64,000 bases of DNA from Octopus bimaculoides (GCF_001194135.2 NC_069001.1:62001-126000), one strand, 5' to 3'. Shown: positions 14,712-28,602, numbered from the stretch's first letter. Numbers and translations are program-made. Notes: generated by a model from the letters alone, not told the origin.

Positions 14712-15890
14712 TGTATGTATATATGTATACACAGATACGCATACATACTTATATGTATATATGTATGTATTAATATACACACACACGTCTGTGTATGTTT
14801 GTATATATATNNNNNNNNNNNNNNNNNNNNNNNNNNNNNNNNNNNNNNNNNNNNNNNNNNNNNNNNNNNNNNNNNNNNNNNNNNNNNNNNNNNNNNNNNN
14901 NNNNNNNNNNNNNNNNNNNNNNNNNNNNNNNNNNNNNNNNNNNNNNNNNNNNNNNNNNNNNNNNNNNNNNNNNNNNNNNNNNNNNNNNNNNNNNNNNNNN
15001 NNNNNNNNNNNNNNNNNNNNNNNNNNNNNNNNNNNNNNNNNNNNNNNNNNNNNNNNNNNNNNNNNNNNNNNNNNNNNNNNNNNNNNNNNNNNNNNNNNNN
15101 NNNNNNNNNNNNNNNNNNNNNNNNNNNNNNNNNNNNNNNNNNNNNNNNNNNNNNNNNNNNNNNNNNNNNNNNNNNNNNNNNNNNNNNNNNNNNNNNNNNN
15201 NNNNNNNNNNNNNNNNNNNNNNNNNNNNNNNNNNNNNNNNNNNNNNNNNNNNNNNNNNNNNNNNNNNNNNNNNNNNNNNNNNNNNNNNNNNNNNNNNNNN
15301 NNNNNNNNNNNNNNNNNNNNNNNNNNNNNNNNNNNNNNNNNNNNNNNNNNNNNNNNNNNNNNNNNNNNNNNNNNNNNNNNNNNNNNNNNNNNNNNNNNNN
15401 NNNNNNNNNNNNNNNNNNNNNNNNNNNNNNNNNNNNNNNNNNNNNNNNNNNNNNNNNNNNNNNNNNNNNNNNNNNNNNNNNNNNNNNNNNNNNNNNNNNN
15501 NNNNNNNNNNNNNNNNNNNNNNNNNNNNNNNNNNNNNNNNNNNNNNNNNNNNNNNNNNNNNNNNNNNNNNNNNNNNNNNNNNNNNNNNNNNNNNNNNNNN
15601 NNNNNNNNNNNNNNNNNNNNNNNNNNNNNNNNNNNNNNNNNNNNNNNNNNNNNNNNNNNNNNAGATGCATGTGTGTGTGTGTACACACATATAGGTAGAA
15701 AGACAAATAGACAGACAGACAGACAGATAGATGGAGATGGGAAATGAGGAAGAGAAAAGTTTTGAGGTTTAGGAAAACATTTATAACTACACATCTACAT
15801 ATAAACACAGAACTAAAAAGGAAACACAGGACACGATAAATACATACGCACAAACTCACACACAAACACATGCATGTGTGTGTGTGTGTG

Positions 15891-15937
<47 letters not shown>

Positions 15938-16623
15938 GTATATATATATATGTATGTATATGTATATATATATATATATATACATATATAAATCTTTCCA
16001 TATCCTTATTCATTCACATTCATGTACAGATGAACATAAACACATAGCACATACACATAACATATTCAGTCCTGTTCACCACTCACACACTTAATATTCT
16101 GAGCACGCATGTACACACACACAAACTCACACACACCTCATCACATTCTCTACAACACACACACCAGACCTGCTTCTATGCTACTCTAGTGTACCACAAA
16201 GCCTAAAACATGACACACATTATTGTTCCAAAATAGGCAAACATCATTGGCTGACAGGGTTTAGCATAAGTGAAGGAGTCAGCCAATCAAAGATAACAAT
16301 CGCTCACCGATTGGCTAATCAAAATTATCTGGATTTTCCAGTGTTGGTTTCAATGGAAATTGGATGTTAGATAATTGCACATGAAGTTTTATGGTTATTA
16401 GCATATGACAGGTTCAGTTTTTGAGCAAGTGGTTTTCACATTTATATATGTATTGTACGTGTTTTTTTTTTTATTATTATTAATTATTTAATTATTACAT
16501 TGGTTGACAAAGTTCATATATATAACTTATAGAAAACTATATGAATATATATATTTATAAATATTCATAAACATAAATACATATATACATGGAGTGAGAT
16601 AGAGACAGAATAAGAGATGTATG

Positions 16624-16729
<106 letters not shown>

Positions 16730-16994
16730 CATGTAGGCATATATATCTGATATATGTGTGCATGTACATTTGTGTGTGTGTGTGCATGTATATAACTGCA
16801 TGTCTATGCATAGATGAAAAGGTATATACATATATATATATATGTATGTATATTCATATACATCTGTATACATTCATGCCTGTATTTTTACTTAAGTTGT
16901 TTAGCTGTCATGGCTAAAGCTGGTGGGAGGGGTGCCTTTCTGCATATGCGCATCTATGTGTGTGCTTATATAAATATAAGTATAAATATATATG

Positions 16995-17235
16995 CAGGAG
17001 TATCGGTGAGGTAAGTAGCTTGCTTACCAACCACATGGTCCCAGGTTCAGTCCAACTGTGTAGCACCTTCAGCAAGTGTCTTTTACTATAGCCTCAGGCT
17101 GACCAAAGCCTTGTCAGTGGATTTGGTAAACAGAAACTGAAAGAAGCCTGTCGTATATATATATATACATGTATGTGTGTATATATATTTATATATAAAT
17201 ATATATATATACGTATGTGTGCGTGTATATATATT

Positions 17236-17268
<33 letters not shown>

Positions 17269-17269
17269 T

Positions 17270-17300
<31 letters not shown>

Positions 17301-17388
17301 CTTTGTTTGTCCCCCACCCCATCGCTTGATTACCGATGTTGGTGTGTTTACGTCTCCCGTAACTTAGCGGATCGGCAAAAGTAATTTA
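16995..17388 (+). mobile_element. tRNA-derived SINE, family B, with internal (TA)n/(TG)n tract
   Basis: Pol III A/B-box-like head (gtgaggtaag..ccaggttcagtcc), body gcaagtgtctt..tatagcc..ccaaagccttgt.agtggatttggta..gaaactgaaagaagcc, internal microsatellite, tail ggtgtgtttacgtc..cgtaacttagcgg. Confidence 0.85.
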
Positions 17389-17637
17389 AAATTTGTCTGT
17401 TATGAACATTTTAATTTGTCAACATGGAAACTTTAAAGATGTTTTTCTAATTCACGATTATAAATTTTTACCATTGATATTGTTGAAATTAGTTTGATAT
17501 GTATGTAAATAAATTTATTTTACAATTACAAGTTTTTCAAACTTAGGTGCATTTTCAACGACAAATTTGCCTCTATTTTTTCCTGCATGGAAATACACCC
17601 CCTCTTTTGATATATATATATATATATATATATATGA

Positions 17638-17674
<37 letters not shown>

Positions 17675-18289
17675 CAATAATAAATCTCTGAGCGAGACGT
17701 AAACAGTAGCAGCATGGAATCATATTTGACACCTAAATGTGGCAGACCCATAGGGGATGATGCTACTGTTGTTTACAGCCCCATTGGTGAAACAATTTTA
17801 TATTACATTAATAATATATATATATGTATGTATGTATGTATATATGTATGTATATATATGTATGTATGTATGTATACCCACATACAATCTCTTGAATGAC
17901 AGGCTTTGTTACAGTTACCCTTGTACCAAATGTCACTGTCTATCGATCAGTCTTTCTGTCTCCCCTTAAAAATATGTTTATAAATATATCTGAGTGTGTT
18001 TATCTCGCTATCTCTATGTCTTGCAATCTATTTTCTTCTTTTCCATTCTCCCCCCCCCCACCATCCTCATTCCACTGACTATTTTTTATCCCCTAACATT
18101 ACCCTAACCCTAATCCTTTTAATCCCTTCCAACACCCCTATTTTGTCTTAATTGAATCAACACCATTTACATCATCTATTTTATCATCTCTCACCCTTGT
18201 GGCAAATAGCAGAAACAATTATCATTCTTCTTCTGCTTCTGTTTCTCTTATTATTGTTATTACTGTTGTCATCGTCATCATAGTTGCAT

Positions 18290-18600
18290 TCTGGCTGAAT
18301 TGCTGCCAATCTGGACAAAAAGATCAGCAGCATTTCTTCGGAACCTTTACATTCTGAGTTCAAATTTTGCCAAAGGTCGACTTTGCTTTTCTCCTTTCAG
18401 GGTCCATAAAATATGTACCAGTCACAGCTTGGGGTTGATCTAATCAACAAGCCCCATCCTACCAAAGTTTCAGGCCTTATACCTTTGGTAGAAAAAATGT
18501 ACCAGTTACGCACTGAGGTTGATGCCCCTCCCCCCAAAACTTCAGGCCTTGTGCTTTTGGTTGAAAGGATTCTTCTTCTTCTTCTTCTTCTTATTCTTCT
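18290..18600 (+). mobile_element. tRNA-derived SINE, family C with duplicated 3' module
   Basis: Same core; the gtaccag..tcaggcctt..gaaa module occurs twice. Other copies near 2075-2262, 11312-11505, 32145-32400 and 46420-46540. Confidence 0.8.
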
Positions 18601-19004
18601 TATTATTATTATCGCTGTTAATGTGATGTTGTTGTTGCTGTCATGGCTTTAGTATTATAATCGTTGTCAATTTTTCTAATTGAATTACAGGTGACATGGG
18701 ATCAGGTGGGTGGAAAGAGTATTCAGAGACAGATGAAGAGATTAAGAGGGACAGGGAGGTGGGGAGGGGAGGAGAAAGAACGAGAGTGAAAAAGAAGGAT
18801 GAATGAATAGATAGATAGAGAGAGAGAAAGGGCGACAGAATGAAAATGAAAGAAAAAGACGGCTGGGTAAATGAATAGACAGATATGTAGGAAAAGAGAG
18901 AAAGAGAGAGAGAGAGAGTGATAGATAGATAGATAGAAACATAGAATGAGAGAGAGAGAGGGAGAGAGAGAAGTTAGGTAATAGTTGGTAGAGAGATTAA
19001 TTGA

Positions 19005-19238
19005 TAAGTATGTGGCAGGTAAGAAGTTTGCTTCTCAACCACATGGTTCCAGGTTCAATTCCACTGTGTGACACCTGGGGCAAGTTTCTTCTACTATAGC
19101 TCTAGGTGGACCAAAGCCATGAGAGTGAATTTGGTAGATGGAAACTGAAAGAAGCTCATCCTATATGTGCGTGTGTGTGTGTGTGTGTGTGTGCGTGCGT
19201 GTTTGTCTCCTGCCACCACTTGAGAACTGGTGTTGGTG
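19005..19238 (+). mobile_element. tRNA-derived SINE, family B (cut by gap)
   Basis: Same head and body as 16995-17388. Confidence 0.8.
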
Positions 19239-19693
19239 NNNNNNNNNNNNNNNNNNNNNNNNNNNNNNNNNNNNNNNNNNNNNNNNNNNNNNNNNNNNNN
19301 NNNNNNNNNNNNNNNNNNNNNNNNNNNNNNNNNNNNNNNNNNNNNNNNNNNNNNNNNNNNNNNNNNNNNNNNNNNNNNNNNNNNNNNNNNNNNNNNNNNN
19401 NNNNNNNNNNNNNNNNNNNNNNNNNNNNNNNNNNNNNNNNNNNNNNNNNNNNNNNNNNNNNNNNNNNNNNNNNNNNNNNNNNNNNNNNNNNNNNNNNNNN
19501 NNNNNNNNNNNNNNNNNNNNNNNNNNNNNNNNNNNNNNNNNNNNNNNNNNNNNNNNNNNNNNNNNNNNNNNNNNNNNNNNNNNNNNNNNNNNNNNNNNNN
19601 NNNNNNNNNNNNNNNNNNNNNNNNNNNNNNNNNNNNNNNNNNNNNNNNNNNNNNNNNNNNNNNNNNNNNNNNNNNNNNNNNNNNNNNNNNNNN

Positions 19694-19752
<59 letters not shown>

Positions 19753-19850
19753 TAGCTGAGAAATGCCAAGAAGACTGAGAAGAAAAGAAAGATGCAGAAA
19801 GGACGAGAGGAAAAGAGAGAAGAATTTTGTTGAAGAAACCAAGAGATTAG

Positions 19851-19914
19851 GAAAGGGACAAGTAAGGAAAGGGACAAGTAAGGAAAGGGACAAGTAAGGA
19901 AAGGGACAAGTAAG
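19851..19914. repeat. Perfect minisatellite, 4 x 16 bp (gaaagggacaagtaag)
   Basis: Four exact tandem copies read directly from the sequence. Confidence 0.95.
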
Positions 19915-20349
19915 GAAAGAAAGAGAAATAGAGGGAAAACAAACATAAACAAAATAAATACATAAGTTTAAATAAATAGAATTAATATTGAAAGAAAAAA
20001 AGAAACAAGAAGGTAACTAAATATAAATACAAATAAAAAAATGAAGTAAAATGAAAAAGGGAAAAAAAGGGGAAAGAAAAGACTAAGAGTGTGAAGGGGA
20101 GAAAAAGTTGAATGAAAAATAATGAAAAGTTAGCAGGACTTTCTTGATCTCCTAATGAAAAAGAGCTCCTATTGTGCAGAGTTCTAATCCCTTTTTCTTG
20201 ACTACAGATTAGGGAGGTGAGGTATTAAAAGCGAAGAGATGGCTGGGTGGGGAGAAAGAGATTGACAGGCGGAGGGAGAGAGAGAGAGATACATATAAAG
20301 ATGTGTACATCATCTTCTTTATCTCTCTCTCTCTGACTCTGTATGTGTG

Positions 20350-20380
<31 letters not shown>

Positions 20381-21139
20381 TCACTCACTCACACACATAT
20401 GTGTGTGTGTGTGTGTGTGGAGTGTCAGAAAGAGAGAGAGAGGTTCAAAGGTTGAGGAGAAAATTAAGGAGGGGAGACTCAGATGAGATAGTTTTTGTAA
20501 AAGAATGCATATATATATATATATATATATGCAAAAAGAAAAAGCCCAAAAACCAAAATGGGTAAAAGTAAAAAAAAAAAGAAGCTTGTAGGACTTTGTT
20601 GATCTAATGAAGAAGAGTTTACAAATATCCAACAATTATAATCCCTTTTTCTTGACTNNNNNNNNNNNNNNNNNNNNNNNNNNNNNNNNNNNNNNNNNNN
20701 NNNNNNNNNNNNNNNNNNNNNNNNNNNNNNNNNNNNNNNNNNNNNNNNNNNNNNNNNNNNNNNNNNNNNNNNNNNNNNNNNNNNNNNNNNNNNNNNNNNN
20801 NNNNNNNNNNNNNNNNNNNNNNNNNNNNNNNNNNNNNNNNNNNNNNNNNNNNNNNNNNNNNNNNNNNNNNNNNNNNNNNNNNNNNNNNNNNNNNNNNNNN
20901 NNNNNNNTGTGTGTGTGTGTGTGTGTGATTTATTTTATTTATTTTTGGCTTTTATAGAAACATTTTATTTGTTTTTTTTAAATGCTATAATTTTTGCATT
21001 GTTTATTTAGTTTCTGCCTTTATATTTGCTTGTTTGTTTTGTGTGTGTATATATGCATTTATTTATCTATATATATATACATGATATATGTCTATACATC
21101 TGGATAAATGGGTTATTATTATTATTATTATTATTAATG

Positions 21140-21460
21140 AAGGCAGCGAGAGCTGGCAGAATCATCAAAGTGCTGGGCAAGATACTTGGTGGCATTTCAT
21201 CCATCTCTATGTTCCGAGTTCAAATTCCACTGAGGTCAACTTTGCCTTTCATCCCTTTTGGGGTTGATGTAATCGACTATTCCCCTCTCCACAAATTCCA
21301 GGTCTTGTGCCTCAACTTTGCCTTTCATCCTTTCTGGGTCTATAAAATAAGTACCAGTTGAACACTGGGGGTCAAAGTAATCAACTAGTCTCTTTCCCAA
21401 AAATTTCAGGCCTTGTGCTTATAGTAGAAAGGATTATCATCATCATCATCGTCATCATTA
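21140..21460 (+). mobile_element. tRNA-derived SINE, family C (internally duplicated), followed by a second partial copy to ~21595
   Basis: ggcagcgagctggcagaatc..gagttcaaattccactgaggtcaactttgcctttcatcc..aagtaccag..tcaggccttgtgcttatagtagaaaggattat; the gcctttcatcc block occurs twice. Confidence 0.85.
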
Positions 21461-21597
21461 TTATTTGTTGCTGTGGGAAGCTGGCAGAACCATTAGCAGA
21501 TTGGGTGAAATGCTTCATAGTATTTTGTCTCTCCACGTTGTGAGTTCAAACTCCGCAGAGGTCAACTTTGCCCTGCATCCTTTAGGGGTTGATTAAA

Positions 21598-21704
21598 CAC
21601 CAGTTTAATAACGACAAAGTCATTTACTAAATTCTTTCTTAGTTTCAAAATTTATGGGAGCAAAAGCTGTGTATTTCAACAGAAATACAGGTAACAAAAG
21701 GGTT
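21598..21704 (-). mobile_element. piggyBac-like MITE terminus
   Basis: Reverse complement reads tgaacccttttgttacctgtatttctgttgaaatacacagcttttg, i.e. a (TTAA)CCCTTT-type terminus; recognised from memory as a cephalopod repeat; only one end is seen. Confidence 0.4.
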
Positions 21705-22839
21705 CAGGTGTTTTATTAGTTCACCAGTTTAACGTAGAATTGGAATCACTAAATTTCATTCCAAAAGCTGAAGAAAACTGATAAATGAGAACCATTTGCT
21801 TTTTGGAGGGATTTCACTTTCTTCCCAGAGAGTTCTTGGTAGTTTTTTTGATTTATTTTTAAAACACCTATGCTTTTTGTGGCCAGGTATGACATTGGGG
21901 TTAATGAGAAGACAGAAAGCATTAAAGGTAGTATGTATGTATGTATGCATGAATGTATGTATGCATGCCTGCATGTATGTGTGTGTATGTATGTATGTAT
22001 AGTTGCACATGTCTATAGGTATCTATGTACAAGTATGCAAACAAATATGCATGCATGTATACATATATCTGTGTGTGTGTGCGTGTATGTGTGTATGTAG
22101 GTATGTGCAAGATTGAATGTATGTAGGCACATATGCATGTAAAAGTATGTGCAAACATCTGTACATGTATGCATGCATCTATGTTTGTAGGCATACATGC
22201 ATGTATTTATGTCTGTATGTGTACATGTGTGTGAATGTCTCTACATACATACATATTTAAGTATGTATGCAAAGTATATTTGCATAAAGGCATGTGTGTG
22301 TGTGTGTATATATATATATGTATGTATGTATGTACAGAGAGAGAGATATATATATTCATATATGTATATTTTTATCATCAGCATCATTGAACATCCATGC
22401 TCCATGATAGCATGTATATATGTATGCACATATATATGCATGCGCGTGTGTTTGTGTTTATACATATAGACATGTATGTATATACATATATGTATGTGTC
22501 GGGGATTGAAAAATATATATCAGTGAAAAAAAAATTTTTTTAAACTCTAAATCCCTCGTCAATTTCCCAATCATTTATTCTGTTCAATAATATCCTGATA
22601 GGGTCATACCACATCTACACCTATCAACATAGTCACACAACCACTACCCCTTAATTCAACATCCACACATAATCAACCCCATTTCCACCCCTTCACTACC
22701 CTTGATGCTAAGTTTATAATTTTTTTTTTTCAGGTATTTTGTTAGAGTTTATTTTAAATCTTTATTCCTCTGGGTTGCTGTGAGTCTGTGGTTTAGTGTT
22801 TTAATGGTTTTTAGATTTAATACATGTATGTATATATGT

Positions 22840-22881
<42 letters not shown>

Positions 22882-24332
22882 ATTTAGCTATGTATGCAGT
22901 CAATATATGTCAATGTACGAGTTTGTATATATGTTATTGTATGTAACATATATATATTATGTATATATTTTACAGATATATACATACATATATATANNNN
23001 NNNNNNNNNNNNNNNNNNNNNNNNNNNNNNNNNNNNNNNNNNNNNNNNNNNNNNNNNNNNNNNNNNNNNNNNNNNNNNNNNNNNNNNNNNNNNNNNNNNN
23101 NNNNNNNNNNNNNNNNNNNNNNNNNNNNNNNNNNNNNNNNNNNNNNNNNNNNNNNNNNNNNNNNNNNNNNNNNNNNNNNNNNNNNNNNNNNNNNNNNNNN
23201 NNNNNNNNNNNNNNNNNNNNNNNNNNNNNNNNNNNNNNNNNNNNNNNNNNNNNNNNNNNNNNNNNNNNNNNNNNNNNNNNNNNNNNNNNNNNNNNNNNNN
23301 NNNNNNNNNNNNNNNNNNNNNNNNNNNNNNNNNNNNNNNNNNNNNNNNNNNNNNNNNNNNNNNNNNNNNNNNNNNNNNNNNNNNNNNNNNNNNNNNNNNN
23401 NNNNNNNNNNNNNNNNNNNNNNNNNNNNNNNNNNNNNNNNNNNNNNNNNNNNNNNNNNNNNNNNNNNNNNNNNNNNNNNNNNNNNNNNNNNNNNNNNNNN
23501 NNNNNNNNNNNNNNNNNNNNNNNNNNNNNNNNNNNNNNNNNNNNNNNNNNNNNNNNNNNNNNNNNNNNNNNNNNNNNNNNNNNNNNNNNNNNNNNNNNNN
23601 NNNNNNNNNNNNNNNNNNNNNNNNNNNNNNNNNNNNNNNNNNNNNNNNNNNNNNNNNNNNNNNNNNNNNNNNNNNNNNNNNNNNNNNNNNNNNNNNNNNN
23701 NNNNNNNNNNNNNNNNNNNNNNNNNNNNNNNNNNNNNNNNNNNNNNNNNNNNNNNNNNNNNNNNNNNNNNNNNNNNNNNNNNNNNNNNNNNNNNNNNNNN
23801 NNNNNNNNNTATATATATTTATGTACATATGTATACACATACATCCACATATATATGCGTGTGAGTGTGTATGTGTATCTGTGTCTACGTGCGTGTATGT
23901 ATACATATGCATGCATATATTTATACGTTTGTTTGTGTTTGTTTGAAATTGCTTTCCCATTTTATCCCATTAATCCAGATATCTCAAAGGATTGGATCCA
24001 TAATTAAGATAGGGTATGGCCTGGGTGGTGCTGTGTGGGCTGGTCTTGTCTGCTGTGCGGTGGTGCAGTGTTTGTGGTATGGGAATGATTTTGCAATTAT
24101 CTTCAAAACAATGGACACCAAAACACAACATTATCACCACCAACACCACCAGGTCTATCAATGCAACCTGTCTAATGTTCATTACACAGACACACACACA
24201 CACACATACATACACACACACACACATGTATATACATATATGTCTGTGTGTATGTGTGTGATATAAATGAGCACATACCCACACAGAGACATGTACACAT
24301 ATGCACACACACACACACACATGCATTAGTGC

Positions 24333-24370
<38 letters not shown>

Positions 24371-24524
24371 NNNNNNNNNNNNNNNNNNNNNNNNNNNNNN
24401 NNNNNNNNNNNNNNNNNNNNNNNNNNNNNNNNNNNNNNNNNNNNNNNNNNNNNNNNNNNNNNNNNNNNNNNNNNNNNNNNNNNNNNNNNNNNNNNNNNNN
24501 NNNNNNNNNNNNNNNNNNNNNNNN

Positions 24525-24765
24525 AGTGTCATCTGGGTTGGCAAGCTGGAAGGCTACACCAGACTCCAGGCTGATTTGGCATTGTTTCTATGGCTGGATG
24601 CCCTTCCTAACGCCAACCACTCCAAGAGTGTAATGGGTGCTTTTACGTACCACCGGCATGGGTGCCATCTGCATGACACTGGTATCAGCCATGACTGCAA
24701 TTTTCCTTGGCTTGATGAGGTTTCTTCTCAAGCATGACATAATGCCAAAGGTCTTGGTCATTGTG
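24525..24765 (-). mobile_element. RTE-tail repeat, family A
   Basis: Same core; minus strand encodes DQDLWHYVMLEKKPHQAK, the RTE ORF2 C-terminus. Confidence 0.8.
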
Positions 24766-24813
<48 letters not shown>

Positions 24814-26655
24814 CACAAGGGAATTATGATTTCTAAATCCTGGTAAATACACACAACAGGCTTCCATTAGATTTTATATCCACTCACAAGGATTTGGTGA
24901 GCCAAGGGCTTTAGGAGAAGACACTTACTCAAAGTGTCCAACAGTAAGACTGAACCCAAACCCTCTTGATTGGAAGCAAACTTTTTAACCCCAGCACTCA
25001 TATCTTCTTCACTTTAGTTAATTGATCCCTGGCTAATCTTACCACTTCTGACTTTTGCTGGCCTTTTGTTATGCAATTTTTCATCTTACTATTATTTCCA
25101 ACCAATTAGCTGTGGCCATGCTGGAGCACTGCTATCATATCATCATAGATAGTATTCAAACCCATGAAAGATCTTCTACACAGTTGCTCCACTTGCTGGA
25201 AATAGCAGTGAAATCCAACACCCTCTTCAATACTGGTTAACTTTAAATAAAGGGAGGGCACATTAGATAATGTAGTCCTAGTTAAACATTTCTCTCCTTT
25301 CCTAAACAAGTTCTCTATATTTTTCTTTTTTTTTTTTGTCTCTCGATTCATTTATTCCTGGAAGACACCCTGCTCCTCCCCACCTCACAGCCGCTGCCAG
25401 GTCTTGTAACTCTCTTCCTCAACTGAGTGACTATCCTCTCCCCTGTTTCACTCATCTCTCACCGCTGTAGCCGCCACCACCATGTCCAAGTAATAATGAA
25501 AATGTGAAATGAATTTGTCTTTTTGAATGCAATTTTTTGGAAGTGGAGAGGGGAAAGGAGGTGAGGGAGAGGATTTGATGCAGAGTCTGCAGAGAAGGAG
25601 GGAAAGGGGAATGGGATCAGTGAGGTCAGAGAGAGACTGAACAACTACCACCCCCACCCCATGTCTTTACTACACTGACCACACAGCCACAACATCCCTT
25701 CACTACAACCACCACCATCACTAACCAACATCAACAGCAACAACAAGGACAGCAATGACACTAAATACTACCTCCACCACCACCACTTACTACTACTACT
25801 ACTACTACTATGAGCACTCCACCACCACCACCACTGCCACCACCACCATTATCACTACCAGCAACATCCTCAACACTGTTGTTACCAATCAGGACCTCCA
25901 CATCGTCCCCACCAAGATGTTAATGGATTCAGTGAAGAAACTATAATCCCTTAAAGATAATCTCATTTAACAACAACAACAACAACACTGACACCCACAA
26001 AACAAAGACAACAGCTAAAACATTAATGGCAACAATAACAACAATAACGATAAAACATTGTTGACTGCAATGACAACAACATAATCATCAAAAACAACAN
26101 NNNNNNNNNNNNNNNNNNNNNNNNNNNNNNNNNNNNNNNNNNNNNNNNNNNNNNNNNNNNNNNNNNNNNNNNNNNNNNNNNNNNNNNNNNNNNNNNNNNN
26201 NNNNNNNNNNNNNNNNNNNNNNNNNNNNNNNNNNNNNNNNNNNNNNNNNNNNNNNNNNNNNNNNNNNNNNNNNNNNNNNNNNNNNNNNNNNNNNNNNNNN
26301 NNNNNNNNNNNNNNNNNNNNNNNNNNNNNNNNNNNNNNNNNNNNNNNNNNNNNNNNNNNNNNNNNNNNNNNNNNNNNNNNNNNNNNNNNNNNNNNNNNNN
26401 NNNNNNNNNNNNNNNNNNNNNNNNNNNNNNNNNNNNNNNNNNNNNNNNNNNNNNNNNNNNNNNNNNNNNNNNNNNNNNNNNNNNNNNNNNNNNNNNNNNN
26501 NNNNNNNNNNNNNNNNNNNNNNNNNNNNNNNNNNNNNNNNNNNNNNNNNNNNNNNNNNNNNNNNNNNNNNNNNNNNNNNNNNNNNNNNNNNNNNNNNNNN
26601 NNNNNNNNNNNNNNNNNNNNNNNNNNNNNNNNNNNNNNNNNNNNNNNNNNNNNNN

Positions 26656-26876
26656 NCACCATTTCGAGCGTGGCCATTTTCGTGCGGGTGACACGTAAAA
26701 GCACCCACTACACTCTCTGAGTGGTTGGCGTTAGGAAGGGCATCCAGCTGTAGAAACTCTGCCAAATCAGACTGGAGCCTGGTGTTGCCATCCAGTTTCA
26801 CCAGTCCTCAGTCAAATCGTCCAACCCATGCTAGCATGGAAAGCGGACGTTAAACGATGATGATGATGATGATGAT
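26656..26876 (+). mobile_element. RTE-tail SINE, family A, well-preserved copy with (GAT)n tail
   Basis: gtggttggcgttaggaagggcatccagctgtagaaac..cagtcaaatcgtccaacccatgctagcatggaaagcggacgttaaac(gat)n; CpGs are retained, so it is young. Confidence 0.85.
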
Positions 26877-28023
26877 TTATATATACATAAATACATATTT
26901 ATATATACATATATCTATATGTATATAAATTTCTATGTATCTTTGTATATATATAAAAGCTAAAAGCTCTTTTAACTCGCCTCTGATGATGTGATTCCTT
27001 TTATATCCCTGAAACAGCTGTAAGACTACCTTTCTATTTATAAATGTCCTATGAATATCAAATTGCCTTGGCCTTGTTATCTCATTTTATTTAACGTATA
27101 TATCTATATATGTATGTATATGTACATATACACATATACAAACATACATTATGTATACACACACATATACATGCTTCAATAACAATGTATATAAAGATAT
27201 ATATCAGAGTATACAGTTCTACACATATACATCCATGCACACACACACACACACACACACCCTTGCTCTGGCTATAGTGCGTATGGCCACTTATGAGATA
27301 TTTTCCTTCAACCATTTAAAGGACGAGTGTGTGTGTGTGTGTGTGTGTGTTTGTTTACCACCTCATTGTCCCCACCCATCCCCACCTGCTTCTACCTGTC
27401 CTTTAGCCATTGTCAACAACAATACCTGATGGCTGTTATTACAACATCACATTGAATAGAGTAAAAAGGTTCAGTTAGTTGATTGAGCTCTTAAAGTCTT
27501 TCGTCTTTATTCAGGTCTTTTCATAGAAATTACCACATTGCCACCACCACCACCACCACCATCATTACCACTGCCCCTTATCAACACTACTGCTACCATC
27601 AGTCCTATCACTACAATATCACCACCACCACTAGCAACGACAACAACATAATAACAGGTTCAACTATAACAACCTAATGACCGTTAACAATGAAGGGAAG
27701 TCCCTATGTGGTAGTTTAATCTACCAGAAATAGCAACCAAATATCTTTTAAATGATGCCTTACTTTCGTCTTGTGAAGAAGTTTATAATGGATAATGGTG
27801 TCCGTGGTTGGCTTAGATCCAGACTGCTTCATCAGAGCTGTTGTTATCATCACAATCACCCTCTTCCTCATCTGTATCCCTTAGTGGCTAAGTGGTAAGA
27901 AGCCATCACCAATATAGCAGCAACGGCAATGGCTACAGCAGCACTGATGCTGTCCCCTATGCCAGCATCAACAACGGTAACACCAGCACCACCAGCAAGG
28001 AAAGCAGCATCCCCAGCAGCAGT

Positions 28024-28320
28024 ATACGAAGACACATCAGATGTCCTGGAAAGACCTTCAAGCAGCGCCTCTCCAACAACAGACCCTCATCCAGGATCCA
28101 GGAGAGATGATGCACCACATCCTTTGCCAGCCATGTGTGATGCCTGAAGGACAAAGGGACTCCATAAATAATCTCATGGAAGATCCTTGAAAACCCAGAC
28201 CCCTACCTCAATGGGAGCAAGTGTTGCAAGCTGTGCATAGCTGAATGGACAAGAATATTAAAGAACTCCCTTCACTTGGGGAACATTTTAAATTCCAAAA
28301 TGAAAGTCTTCGGACTTATT
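28024..28320 (+). mobile_element. Penelope-like element, decayed GIY-YIG endonuclease fragment
   Basis: One frame with three stops: GKTFKQRLSNNRPSSRIQER*CTTSFASHV*CLKDKGTP*IISWKILENPDPYLNGSKCCKLCIAE, matching the PLE pattern FKxRxxxH..STxLxxHIWxLK..WxI..CxLC. Confidence 0.8.
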
Positions 28321-28416
28321 TATTCTGTTGGTCTCTTTTGTTGAACTGCTAAAATCTAAACACACCAATACCATTTGTGAAATGGTTATGGGTGGAGAAA
28401 CACGGACACACTTTTG

Positions 28417-28455
<39 letters not shown>

Positions 28456-28602
28456 CAGGCTTCTTCCAGTTTCCACCCATCACTCACAAGGCTTTGCTTG
28501 GCACAAGGCTATAGTAGAAGATATTTGCCCAAGGTGCCACATAGTTGGACTGAACATGGAATTACATGGTTGAGAAGCAAGCTTCTTAGCACACAGCCAC
28601 AC

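Noticed and set aside
14577-15985. Long ORFs (300-450 aa) here and at 19.1-19.9, 22.8-24.0, 26.0-26.8, 37.1-37.7, 41.3-42.1, 46.6-47.3, 50.0-50.7, 52.0-52.6, 56.4-57.6 and 63.0-63.5 kb
   Set aside because: They are long only because N-runs translate as X without stops.
16995-17090. tRNA-like A/B boxes here and at other SINE heads
   Set aside because: Each continues into a SINE body and no full cloverleaf is present; these are not tRNA genes.
19851-19914. Direct repeats as a possible CRISPR array
   Set aside because: Head-to-tail with no spacers, in a eukaryotic context.
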